From positions 16,086 through 80,085 of IMG/VR virus record IMGVR_UViG_3300036045_000002: a stretch of 64,000 nucleotides of DNA; one strand, given 5' to 3'. Source of the DNA: a virus. Of this stretch, positions 36,555 to 45,253 are shown in pieces; positions within the stretch are counted from its first letter, which is position 1, and every line of letters starts with the position of its first letter. Both the position numbers and the translations under genes were made by a program. Under the pieces are notes generated by a model. It ran no database searches. It was given only the letters and a program-made list of their open reading frames with translations, and had not been told where the DNA came from.

Positions 36555-36638
36555 GCGCCAGATCGACGACCGCCGTCAGAGACGAGACTTTTCTCAGACT
36601 GAGTACGGTCGTCGATTGTACGCGATTCTAGAGCGAAA
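36555..36638. repeat. Dispersed palindromic TCTAGA element, copy C
   Basis: gcgccagatcg...cggtcgtcgattgtacgcgattctagagcgaaa. Confidence 0.7.
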
Positions 36639-36798
36639 CGGACCTGCGTCCGACAAAACTTCCGGCGATAATCACGTCCGGCGCGCGTGGGATAGGCGGG
36701 GGTCATGTCCCGCCGACAAGCGACTTTCACCAGGGTCGCTTCCCACGCACCTTTTTCCTTCCTGCCTCTGGTGACCACCGCGCCGGTGGAGTTTTACC

Positions 36799-38076
36799 AT
36801 GCCTGACGCTCGCTCGTCCGATCAATCCGTTCCGTCCTCCACCTCGATCCTCGACGCCTTCAACTGGCGTGGAGTCTGGACGCCTGGAGAGGTCATCGCC
36901 CTCCTCATCGACGGCGTCCTCAATCCTACCGAGGTCATGCTCCTCAGCCTGATCGAGTCGGCCGTCAAAGTCCGGGGGGAAGGGTGCTGGATCAGCAACA
37001 ACACGTTCGCGAAGGCACTCGGCCTCGCCAACAAGGCGAACGTGAACCGGATGATCCGGAAACTGAAGAAGCTCGACCTCGTCTACGAAGTCGGCTACGT
37101 CATGAAGAACAACTTGCGGCTGCGGGTCCTCCGAACCCGCCTGCCGGAGTGTCGAGAAATCGGTAAGGGGGACAGCTTTAAAGCTCACCCCCGGACAGCT
37201 TTAAAGCTGGCCGACTCTTCACTACGTTCAGAGATTAAAAAATACGTGGCTCCCTCCGGAGAGCCACGGATCGGGGAGAAACCTGCCTTGTCTGGTCAAT
37301 TCATACCTGAACTGGAAAACACCGGTAAAGGTAAGGGGCCATCGGAAAAGTGGGACAACTGGTGTGCCATGAGGTTGCGCGACTGCGCCGCGAACGCGAC
37401 CAAGATTTCGAGGAAATACGTCCTTTCGGCCGAAGGGAAGCACTTCCGGATGTTGCGCAAGGACCTCGGTGACGACCGAAACCGGATCGAGCGCGTCCTC
37501 GACTTCTATTGCGTCCAGATAGGACGGCCTTTCGTCCCCGACGTCCAGAACGCGAAAACGTTCCGGAGGAAGTGGACCCAACTCGAAGCCGCGTACCAAA
37601 GGTACCTCAAGAACAACCCCGACGTCCAGATTACCGACGAAGCGCACTCCGTTGTCAAGCACTACCTGTTCGGCCTGAACTGGCCGAAGGGAAGCGCGAC
37701 CAAACTTCTGCCGGCCGTCCAGGTGATGCTGGACAGGTATCGTGACTTCCGGGCCAAGCTCCGGGCCTACAAGGAGACCCGCCCCGAGTGGATCAAGGTC
37801 GGCAAGAACACCGTCCAAAACGCCCCCAAGCACCACGCCCTCGCCCACTTCCTGAGCAAGGCGCTGTCGTCTGTTGACTTCTTCGTCGGTCGCTGGTTCG
37901 CCGACCTGTACCAGCGGGTCGTTAACTGGCCGAAGTGGCACGGCAACCTGATGTCGGACGTGTGGAACGGCGACCCCAAGGACCAGAAGTTCGGCAAGGC
38001 TGTTTTGTCCCACTGCCAGACTTGGGGCGACCGGGTGTCCGAGGCGTGGGGCGTCCTGTCCCAGGAGTTGTCATGA
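36799..38076 (+). CDS. Replication initiator-like protein (N-terminal HTH)
   Basis: 'GCWISNNTFAKALGL..ANVNRMIRKLKKLDLV' HTH; upstream of the helicase. Confidence 0.7.
   Translation: MPDARSSDQSVPSSTSILDAFNWRGVWTPGEVIALLIDGVLNPTEVMLLSLIESAVKVRGEGCWISNNTFAKALGLANKANVNRMIRKLKKLDLVYEVGYVMKNNLRLRVLRTRLPECREIGKGDSFKAHPRTALKLADSSLRSEIKKYVAPSGEPRIGEKPALSGQFIPELENTGKGKGPSEKWDNWCAMRLRDCAANATKISRKYVLSAEGKHFRMLRKDLGDDRNRIERVLDFYCVQIGRPFVPDVQNAKTFRRKWTQLEAAYQRYLKNNPDVQITDEAHSVVKHYLFGLNWPKGSATKLLPAVQVMLDRYRDFRAKLRAYKETRPEWIKVGKNTVQNAPKHHALAHFLSKALSSVDFFVGRWFADLYQRVVNWPKWHGNLMSDVWNGDPKDQKFGKAVLSHCQTWGDRVSEAWGVLSQELS
37170..37208. repeat. Two 16-bp direct repeats, each with a palindromic core (candidate origin iterons)
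   Basis: GGACAGCTTTAAAGCT at 37170 and 37193; AT-rich 'attaaaaaata' just downstream. Confidence 0.65.
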
Positions 38077-39482
38077 TCGTCCAGACCCGCGACAGCGTGA
38101 CCGAGCGAACGGTACTGACCGGCATGATCGTTAACACCGAGGTGCTCGGCAGGTTGAGCCCCAAGTGGACCAAGGACGGGCTGTTCTCGTCCGACTGGTC
38201 GAACGTCGTCGCCGGCTGGTGCGTCCGGTACTACGGGAAGTACGGCAAGGCCCCGGAGAAGGCGGTCGAGACCCTGTTCGCCAGTTGGGCCGACGGCCGG
38301 AACGACCGGGAAACGGTGAAACTGGTCGAACGGTACCTGTCGTCCTTGTCCGGCCAGTACCAGAGGACCAAGAAGAAGATCAACCCGGCCTACGTCCTCG
38401 ACCTGGCCGGCGACCATTTCAACGCCGTCCGGTTGAAAAGGCTCGCGGACGCACTCGCCGGGGACATCGACGCCGGGAAAGTCCAGGACGGCTGGAAGCG
38501 GATCGACAAGCTCGGCCGGGTCGAAGTCGGCGTCGGGGCGAGGATCGACGTCCTCCAGAACAAGGCCGCCATGAGGGCCGCGTTCGAGGACGCGAAGTCC
38601 GACGTCCTGGTGAAATACCCCGGGGCCCTCGGCCGGTTCTTCGGCGGGGCGCTTGAGCGGGAAGGATTCGTGGCCTTCATGGGGCCGGAGAAGCGCGGGA
38701 AGACCTGGTGGCTCCTCGACCTGGCCTGGCGGGCCATGCTCCAGAGGAAGCGGGTGGCGTTCTTCGAGGTCGGCGACCTGTCGGAACGGCAGATCCTCAG
38801 GCGATTCGGCGTCCGGGCGGCCGGGAGGCCGATGAAGCCTACGCCCGCCGGGCGGGTGGTCAACTATCCGACCAAACTAGTCCGGAAGGACGACGCCGCG
38901 TTCGACGTGGTCCACGACCCGCGGACGTACAAGGACTGGCTGACCTGGCCAGTCCTCGACAAGGCCATGAAGAAGGTCATGCTCGACCGGGTCAAGTCGA
39001 AGGAGTCCTATTTGGGTCTTTCCGTCCATGCCAACTCCAGTATTTCCGTAGGAGGCATCCGGACGACACTGCGGGAGTGGGAGACGACCGGATGGCGTCC
39101 CGAGGTCGTGGTCATCGACTACGCGGACATCCTCGCCCCACCCGCGGGGTTTCAGGGGGAGTCGCGGGACGCGGTCAATGAAACGTGGAAGGCCCTCCGG
39201 CGGATGTCCCAGGAACTCCACTGCCTGGTGGTCACGGCCACACAGGCGAACGCCATGAGCTACACGGCCGATTCCTTGTCCATGCAGAACTTCAGCGAAG
39301 ACAAGCGGAAGTTCTCCCACGTCACCGGAATGGTCGGCATCAACCAGAGCAACCCGGAGAAGGAGAAGGGGGTACAGCGGTTGAACTGGCTCGTCCTGCG
39401 GGAGGACGAATTCCTGGTTCAAGATCACGTCCTGGTCGCCGGGTGCCTCGCGGTCGCCAACCCGGCGGTGTGCAGTGCCTGA
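38073..39482 (+). CDS. DnaB-like replicative helicase
   Basis: Walker A 'GPEKRGKT', 'VVVIDYAD', 'VVTATQAN'. Confidence 0.85.
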   Translation: MIVQTRDSVTERTVLTGMIVNTEVLGRLSPKWTKDGLFSSDWSNVVAGWCVRYYGKYGKAPEKAVETLFASWADGRNDRETVKLVERYLSSLSGQYQRTKKKINPAYVLDLAGDHFNAVRLKRLADALAGDIDAGKVQDGWKRIDKLGRVEVGVGARIDVLQNKAAMRAAFEDAKSDVLVKYPGALGRFFGGALEREGFVAFMGPEKRGKTWWLLDLAWRAMLQRKRVAFFEVGDLSERQILRRFGVRAAGRPMKPTPAGRVVNYPTKLVRKDDAAFDVVHDPRTYKDWLTWPVLDKAMKKVMLDRVKSKESYLGLSVHANSSISVGGIRTTLREWETTGWRPEVVVIDYADILAPPAGFQGESRDAVNETWKALRRMSQELHCLVVTATQANAMSYTADSLSMQNFSEDKRKFSHVTGMVGINQSNPEKEKGVQRLNWLVLREDEFLVQDHVLVAGCLAVANPAVCSA

Positions 39483-39521
39483 GTTCACCTGCCAATGCCT
39501 GTGAATTCCTGCCAACCTAGA

Positions 39522-39589
39522 TTGAACAGGACGTCGCGGATCGCGTAGTCTGACGCTGCGATCTCTCGCACGTCGCGAGACGACGCAGC
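39522..39589 (+). promoter_or_regulatory. Sigma70-like promoter plus ACGTC-loop hairpin
   Basis: TTGAAC-18-TAGTCT, then tctcgc-acgtc-gcgaga inside an outer gctgcg/cgcagc stem. Confidence 0.6.
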
Positions 39590-39610
39590 AGACGACGAAA
39601 GGGGTCCGAG

Positions 39611-39949
39611 ATGTCCCGCAAGAAGACCCGCAAGCAGATCCTGACCGAGAGCATCCAGGTCGAACTCGACCACACGTTCTCGACCGGGATCAAGACCCGG
39701 CTGAGCAAGGGGATGACGGCCGACAACCTGAGCGAACTGCTGAACGCGATCCGGGCGATGAAGGAGAAGGTCCAGGAGGAGGTCATGGACCAGCTGGCCG
39801 AGAAGGAGCCCGTCAAGGTGTCGCAGGACCTCGAGGACGAGGACGCCGAGGAGGCCCGCCGGATGGCCGAGGCCGAGGAGCGGCACGACGCCGACTACTG
39901 GAAGGGTGACGAGCGCCCCGACCCGCGGCTCGCCCGCGTCGCCGACTGA
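39611..39949 (+). CDS. Hypothetical protein
   Basis: 112 aa; first gene after the promoter. Confidence 0.65.
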   Translation: MSRKKTRKQILTESIQVELDHTFSTGIKTRLSKGMTADNLSELLNAIRAMKEKVQEEVMDQLAEKEPVKVSQDLEDEDAEEARRMAEAEERHDADYWKGDERPDPRLARVAD

Positions 39950-39999
39950 CCGTGTTCACCCGGGGCCTTCGGGCCCCTCTTTCCCCACAGGAGTCCGAC

Positions 40000-40179
40000 A
40001 TGCACTACCTCGTGAAGCACCCGAAGGACGACAGCTACCTGTACTGCCATCAGACCCCCGGCCGGCACGTCCTGTGGGTCACGGACAAGAGGCTGACCAG
40101 GAAGTTCGACACGGCGGCCGCCGCCAAACGGTTCGCCGTCCTGAACGAGGTCAAACACCGCATTGTCAAGGTCGTCTGA
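40000..40179 (+). CDS. Small hypothetical protein
   Basis: AGGAGTCCGAC-ATG; MHYLVKHPK. Confidence 0.6.
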   Translation: MHYLVKHPKDDSYLYCHQTPGRHVLWVTDKRLTRKFDTAAAAKRFAVLNEVKHRIVKVV

Positions 40180-40207
40180 ACCATACCTACTTACCAAGGA
40201 GTCCGTC

Positions 40208-40435
40208 GTGCCTGACAGCAAACCCAAAACGAAGCCGCCCAACGTCCCCCGGGAACTGTACGACCTCGCGAAGCGGATCATCGCCCAGACGATCATCCGC
40301 AACGCCAAGCATTCCGCCCAGGCCAAGGAACTCAAGGACACCACCGCGAACGTCCGGCTGGTGGCCAAGACCCTCAACGACTTCGTTGAGGTACTCCGGG
40401 CCGAGATCGACCGCCAACTCGGGTGGGAGGAGTGA
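40208..40435 (+). CDS. Small hypothetical protein
   Basis: AAGGAGTCCGTC-GTG. Confidence 0.6.
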   Translation: MPDSKPKTKPPNVPRELYDLAKRIIAQTIIRNAKHSAQAKELKDTTANVRLVAKTLNDFVEVLRAEIDRQLGWEE

Positions 40436-41637
40436 CCGTGCTGACCTGGAAGAAGCGCAAGGACGGGTCGCTAATCGCGAGGGCCGGCAAGGAGGTCTAT
40501 ACCGTCCACCGGCTCCCGCCGAAAGGCGTCCGGGTCTACCCGATCTTCCGGCTCGGGAAGGACAACAAGCGGCTGTACGACGCGAAAGGCGACTCCGGCA
40601 AGGAGGTCTGCAAGCGGGTCGCCGGCAGGCTGCACTCCGGGGTCAAGTCGGCCTACGACACCGTCCGGACGAAGCTGTCGAAGGACCTGGTGGACGCCTT
40701 CGAGTACCACGTCGAGGTCTTTTACACCAAGTACGTCCCGCGGACTGGGAAAGACTACTGCCCGGACAAGGGGATGTTCCTGGCGGCCGCGAAGGCCGGG
40801 AAGAGTCCTTGGTTGTTGGTCAACACGACCGACGGCCTGTACGACAACTACAGGCCGGACTTCCTCGACGCCTTGTCACTGGAACTATTCCCGGTCTGGT
40901 ACCGCGAAGAGGTCGAGTTGGCGAAGGCGAAGGCGGCCGCGAAGGCGAAGCAAGACGAGGAGGATAAGAAGGCGAACGCCGGTTACTTCGCCCAGACGGC
41001 TTCCGCCGCTAAAAGTCCTGTCAAAGTGGGAAAATACTCGGGCCCCGAACCCGAGTCGCGGGAGAGCAAAAGGCGGCCCCTTTCCGTGCCCACGGTCTAC
41101 GCACCAGTCCCGTTCAAGCCCGAGGACGCGAAGTTCGCCACGCTCTACAAGTGGGCCGAGCGGGTCCGGGACTGGTGGGAGGTCAGGGGCCGGTTCGCGA
41201 CGTATGAGTACCTGTCCTACGCGGCCCGGTATTGTTGCTTCCAGTCTTTCGACCGAGGGACGCTCGCCGCGGACAGGATGGCCCTCATCTACCGCCAGGA
41301 GGCCGGAAGGCGTCAGGCGGCAAACCAGGCCAGGATGGCCGTCGCCGGGCGGAAGGAGGCCCCAGGCGAGACGCCGGCGAAGAAGGCCCCGGGTAAGCTA
41401 GCACCCGAACGGAAGAAGGTCGAAAAGGACGGGTGGGGGTTCAAGAAGACGACCCGGGCCGCCGCCGTCAACGCCGTCTTGACCAAGGAGCCGAAAACGT
41501 TAAAACGGATCGAGCGGGAGTCCAAGGCGACGTCCGTGTCGAGCCACCTGGCCCGGCTCGTCCGGGACAAGAAACTCAAGCGGGTCGGGAAAGACCAGTA
41601 CCGACTCCGCAAGGGCGTGAAGCCTGCCAATTCCTGA
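40432..41637 (+). CDS. Hypothetical protein with a C-terminal winged helix
   Basis: C-terminal ~65 aa closely similar to that of ORF 41750. Confidence 0.65.
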   Translation: MTVLTWKKRKDGSLIARAGKEVYTVHRLPPKGVRVYPIFRLGKDNKRLYDAKGDSGKEVCKRVAGRLHSGVKSAYDTVRTKLSKDLVDAFEYHVEVFYTKYVPRTGKDYCPDKGMFLAAAKAGKSPWLLVNTTDGLYDNYRPDFLDALSLELFPVWYREEVELAKAKAAAKAKQDEEDKKANAGYFAQTASAAKSPVKVGKYSGPEPESRESKRRPLSVPTVYAPVPFKPEDAKFATLYKWAERVRDWWEVRGRFATYEYLSYAARYCCFQSFDRGTLAADRMALIYRQEAGRRQAANQARMAVAGRKEAPGETPAKKAPGKLAPERKKVEKDGWGFKKTTRAAAVNAVLTKEPKTLKRIERESKATSVSSHLARLVRDKKLKRVGKDQYRLRKGVKPANS

Positions 41638-41749
41638 AAATACGCGCGGCCAACCAAAGTTCGGCCGCGAGTCTGAGAGCGAGAAGTCGAGTTGCGGGGC
41701 CCGACGTTCGGGCCTGCGATCCCAAGCGCCGTAGGTCGAGGAGACCGTC

Positions 41750-42667
41750 ATGCAGGTCAAGAAGTCCGACGCCCTCCAGGTGTTCCAGGCCCTCAAGTTC
41801 CAGAACTGCGCGGCCTGGAACGCCGAGAAGATGACCGAGAAGCTGAACGCCCTCGGCGAGGTCGTGGACGACGCGATGGTCAAGAAGCTCAAGGACCCGG
41901 TCGTGGTGAAGACCCTCAAGAACGTCCTCAAGGCCCTGGCCAAGGACGAGGAGGTCACCATCACGGATGACGCAAAGGCCAAGCCGGCCCCCGCCGCCAA
42001 GGCCACGCCGCCGAAGAAGGGCAGGACGCCGGAGCCGGAGGACGCGGACGAGGAGGAAGAAACGGACGACGAAGAGGACGAGGAAGAGCCCGAAGAAGAA
42101 GACGACCAGGACGACGAACCCGAGGACGAATCAGACGACGAAGACGAGGACGAGGAGGAAGAGCCCTCCGAGGACGAGGAGGGCGACGACGACTCGGACG
42201 AGGAGGACTCGGACGAGGAGGACGACACCGACGAGTCGGACGACGACGAGGACAAGGAGTCGGACGACGAAGCCGAAGACGAGGAGGACGAGGAGATGGA
42301 AGCGCCGGCGAAGAAGAAGAAGACCGCGGCGGCCCCCGCCAAGAAGCAGGCCGCCAAGGCCCCCGAGAAGGGCAAGGTGGCGGCCGCGAAGAAGGGCATC
42401 CCGAAGGCCGGGCCCGGCGGGTCGCTGGAGAAGGACAAGTGGGGCTTCCGGACGCCGAGCCGGACGGCCCGCATCAACGCCGCCCTGTCGGACAAGCCGC
42501 AGTCGGTCAAGGAGTTGGAGCAGAAGGCCAAGGCCACCAGCATCCACTCGCACCTGGGCAAGCTGAAGCTGATGGGCCTCGTGGTCAAGGACGCCGAGGG
42601 TCGGTTCATGCTGTCCAAGAAGGGGGGCGGCAAGGGGCCGGCCCCGAAGGCCGCCGCGAAGAAGTGA
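41750..42667 (+). CDS. Protein with a long Asp/Glu tract, Lys/Ala linkers and a C-terminal winged helix
   Basis: ~85-residue D/E run; 'SIHSHLGKLKLMGLVVKDAEGRFML'. Confidence 0.75.
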   Translation: MQVKKSDALQVFQALKFQNCAAWNAEKMTEKLNALGEVVDDAMVKKLKDPVVVKTLKNVLKALAKDEEVTITDDAKAKPAPAAKATPPKKGRTPEPEDADEEEETDDEEDEEEPEEEDDQDDEPEDESDDEDEDEEEEPSEDEEGDDDSDEEDSDEEDDTDESDDDEDKESDDEAEDEEDEEMEAPAKKKKTAAAPAKKQAAKAPEKGKVAAAKKGIPKAGPGGSLEKDKWGFRTPSRTARINAALSDKPQSVKELEQKAKATSIHSHLGKLKLMGLVVKDAEGRFMLSKKGGGKGPAPKAAAKK

Positions 42668-42722
42668 CCGAGGCCGACCAGGAGGGGGCTTGACGGTCCC
42701 CTCCTTTCCCAAGGAGTCTTCC

Positions 42723-43178
42723 ATGCACGCGATCACGGTCACAATCCCGTTCTGCGCCGGCCATCGGGTCCTCGGGCACCAAGGCAAGTGCCAGTACCTG
42801 CACGGCCACAACTACCGGGCGGTCGTAACCTTCGAGTCGGACGGACTCGACCATATGGGGTTCGTGGCCGACTTCGGCGTGGTCAAGGACCGACTCAAGA
42901 CGTGGATCGACTCGGCCTGGGACCACAACTTCATCGCCCACCCCCACGACCCGCTCGTCCAATTGTGGGGGCAAGTAGATGTGGTCGGGGGCCTCTTTGG
43001 CAACCCGGGCCACGCCAGGAAGCCTTACGTCATGAGGTGCCACGGAAACCCGACCGCCGAGAACATGGCGAAGGAATTGGCGACCTTTGCGGCCGAGGTC
43101 GCCAAGGAGAACGAGTGCGACCTGGCTGAGGTCGTGATTTACGAAACCGACACGTCGATGGGTCGGTATGTGCCGTAG
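42723..43178 (+). CDS. queD: 6-carboxy-5,6,7,8-tetrahydropterin synthase
   Basis: 'FCAGHR', 'CQYLHGHNY', 'DFG', 'DH', 'NPTAEN', 'YET'. Confidence 0.92.
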   Translation: MHAITVTIPFCAGHRVLGHQGKCQYLHGHNYRAVVTFESDGLDHMGFVADFGVVKDRLKTWIDSAWDHNFIAHPHDPLVQLWGQVDVVGGLFGNPGHARKPYVMRCHGNPTAENMAKELATFAAEVAKENECDLAEVVIYETDTSMGRYVP

Positions 43179-43227
43179 CCGATTGGCCCGCCCGCAAACC
43201 TCAACCGAGACCTAACGGAGACCTCCG

Positions 43228-43476
43228 GTGCCGCACGTCGCTAACCCCCCGGCCTACCTGGCCCGCTCGTCCGTCAGCAAGTACGTCCACGAAGGCCGGG
43301 TCGCCAGGTTCGTCGGCGACGGCGCTCCTCTCCCGCCCAGGCCGGCGACCTGCTTCTCACTGGAGCAGGCCCTGACCAACATGAACTGGTCGCTCTCGTC
43401 CATCGACGAAGGCGTCCGGCGAGGCGTCCTGGAGTTCTTCCGCAAGGCCGGCAAGGCCTTCATCCGCATCCTGTGA
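43228..43476 (+). CDS. Hypothetical protein
   Basis: 82 aa; GGAG RBS. Confidence 0.5.
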   Translation: MPHVANPPAYLARSSVSKYVHEGRVARFVGDGAPLPPRPATCFSLEQALTNMNWSLSSIDEGVRRGVLEFFRKAGKAFIRIL

Positions 43477-44225
43477 GGCCGACAGTGAGTGACTCACCGA
43501 TTAAATCGAAACTGGTCGAGCCGGGCCGTCAGAACCTCCAGACGGTCGAGAAGCAAGACCTCGACCCGGGCCGCCCATACGAGGTCTTCAAAGTCTGGAA
43601 GACGATCCAGGGCGAAGGCCCGTTCGCCGGCCGGCCGGCCGTGTTCGTCAGGCTGGCCGGGTGTAACCTCCAGTGCCCGGCGTGTGACACGGACTACACG
43701 TCCCGCCGGGACTTGATGTCCACCCACACGCTGTTCGCGGAGGTCGTCAAACTGGCCACCCGCGGCCTGGTCGTCTTCACCGGGGGCGAGCCTTTCCGCC
43801 AGCGACTCGGGCCGATCGTCCGGGAGTTGATTCACACGGGGGACTACTCCGTGCAGATCGAGACCAACGGCACCCTGTGGGACGAGGACATGCCGTGGTT
43901 CGGCGACCTGACCGTCGTGTGCTCGCCGAAGACGCCGAAGATCCACCCGCTCACGGAGGAGCGGGTCAACTACTACAAGTACGTGGTCGAAGACGGTCAC
44001 ATCGACCCGGTGGACGGCCTGCCGACCCGCGTCCTGGGGGCCCCGTGCGCGGCCCACAAGCCGAGGCCGCACTTCCCCCGGCACAAGGTGTACATCCAGC
44101 CGATGGACAACGGGCCGTGGCTGGGAGGCATGACCGGGAACAACGTCCACGCCGCGGCCGAGGTGTGCATGCGGCACGGGTACACGCTGAGCCTCCAAAT
44201 CCACAAGATACTCGGACTCGAATAG
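43473..44225 (+). CDS. queE: 7-carboxy-7-deazaguanine synthase (radical SAM)
   Basis: 'TIQGEG', 'FVRLAGCNLQCPACDT', 'TGGEP', 'IETNG', 'SPK', 'LSLQIHK'. Confidence 0.93.
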   Translation: MRPTVSDSPIKSKLVEPGRQNLQTVEKQDLDPGRPYEVFKVWKTIQGEGPFAGRPAVFVRLAGCNLQCPACDTDYTSRRDLMSTHTLFAEVVKLATRGLVVFTGGEPFRQRLGPIVRELIHTGDYSVQIETNGTLWDEDMPWFGDLTVVCSPKTPKIHPLTEERVNYYKYVVEDGHIDPVDGLPTRVLGAPCAAHKPRPHFPRHKVYIQPMDNGPWLGGMTGNNVHAAAEVCMRHGYTLSLQIHKILGLE

Positions 44226-44259
44226 CCTGCGCCCGCGACAGGCGAGACTGAAAACGCTG

Positions 44260-44300
44260 GCGACCCGGGCCTCCGGCGGTCGAGGCCCGGGTCGCTTTTT
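44260..44300 (+). terminator. Rho-independent terminator between queE and folE
   Basis: 14-bp stem gcgacccgggcctc/gaggcccgggtcgc followed by TTTTT. Confidence 0.75.
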
Positions 44301-44328
44301 CCTAGACCGACAGCCGGAGTTTTCCGCC

Positions 44329-44907
44329 ATGCTGGTGACACGCCCGCCTCGACCGACCCACCACGAGGCCGTCCAGGCCGTCAAGACGCTCCTCCGGTAC
44401 GTCGGCGAGGACCCCGACCGGGAAGGACTGCTGGACACACCGGAGCGGGTGCTCCGGGCGTACTCCGAACTCCTGGCCGGGTACGACCGGCAGGCCGGGT
44501 TCCAACTCAAGACGTTCGCCGACGGCGTGTGCGACGAAATGGTCGTGGTCAAAGGGATCGAGTTCACCAGCTTCTGCGAACACCATTGGCTGCCGTTCTC
44601 CGGCGTCGCCCACGTCGGGTACCTGCCGGACACACGGATCGTGGGCCTGTCGAAGATCCCGCGACTCGTGGACGTGTTCGCCAAGCGGCTCCAGGTGCAG
44701 GAGAGGATGACCCAGCAGGTTGTGGACGCCTTGCAGGAGTACCTGGCCCCCAAGGGGTGCGGGTGCGTGGTCGTCGCGTCCCACTCGTGCATGTCGTGCC
44801 GGGGCGTCAGGAAGCAGAACGCCACCATGACCACGTCCGCCTTGCGGGGGGCGTTTAAAGCGGACGCTTCGACCCGGGCCGAATTCCTGTCCATCGTGAG
44901 AGGGTGA
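44329..44907 (+). CDS. folE: GTP cyclohydrolase I
   Basis: 'REGLLDTPER', 'CEHH', 'GLSKIPR', 'LQVQER', 'HSCMSCRG'. Confidence 0.95.
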   Translation: MLVTRPPRPTHHEAVQAVKTLLRYVGEDPDREGLLDTPERVLRAYSELLAGYDRQAGFQLKTFADGVCDEMVVVKGIEFTSFCEHHWLPFSGVAHVGYLPDTRIVGLSKIPRLVDVFAKRLQVQERMTQQVVDALQEYLAPKGCGCVVVASHSCMSCRGVRKQNATMTTSALRGAFKADASTRAEFLSIVRG

Positions 44908-44910
44908 GTC

Positions 44911-45252
44911 GTGCCTAACCGAAAGGCCGTCAAGAACCGGTACGCCGGAAGAAAATCAACGGCCGGCCCGACCAGGCCGAACACCTGGAGGTACGGTCGG
45001 GTGGAGCCTACGGCCAAGGCCGGCCTGTACCTGCTGAAACTCCGGAGCAGGGTAGACGTTTGCCAGGTCGTCTACCTGCCTCGGGAGGACAACCCGGACG
45101 CGACGTACCTGGCCGTGGTCTGCCGGGGCCTGACGCGGGAGTTCAAACACTGGTCGGACCTGCACGACCTGGTGCGGGACGAGGTCGTGATGTACTACGG
45201 CCCCGTCCAACCGTACAACGACAACACCAACCCGAACCTCCCAGGAGGGTGA
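44911..45252 (+). CDS. Hypothetical protein
   Basis: 113 aa; inside the modification cluster. Confidence 0.55.
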   Translation: MPNRKAVKNRYAGRKSTAGPTRPNTWRYGRVEPTAKAGLYLLKLRSRVDVCQVVYLPREDNPDATYLAVVCRGLTREFKHWSDLHDLVRDEVVMYYGPVQPYNDNTNPNLPGG

Positions 45253-45253
45253 C

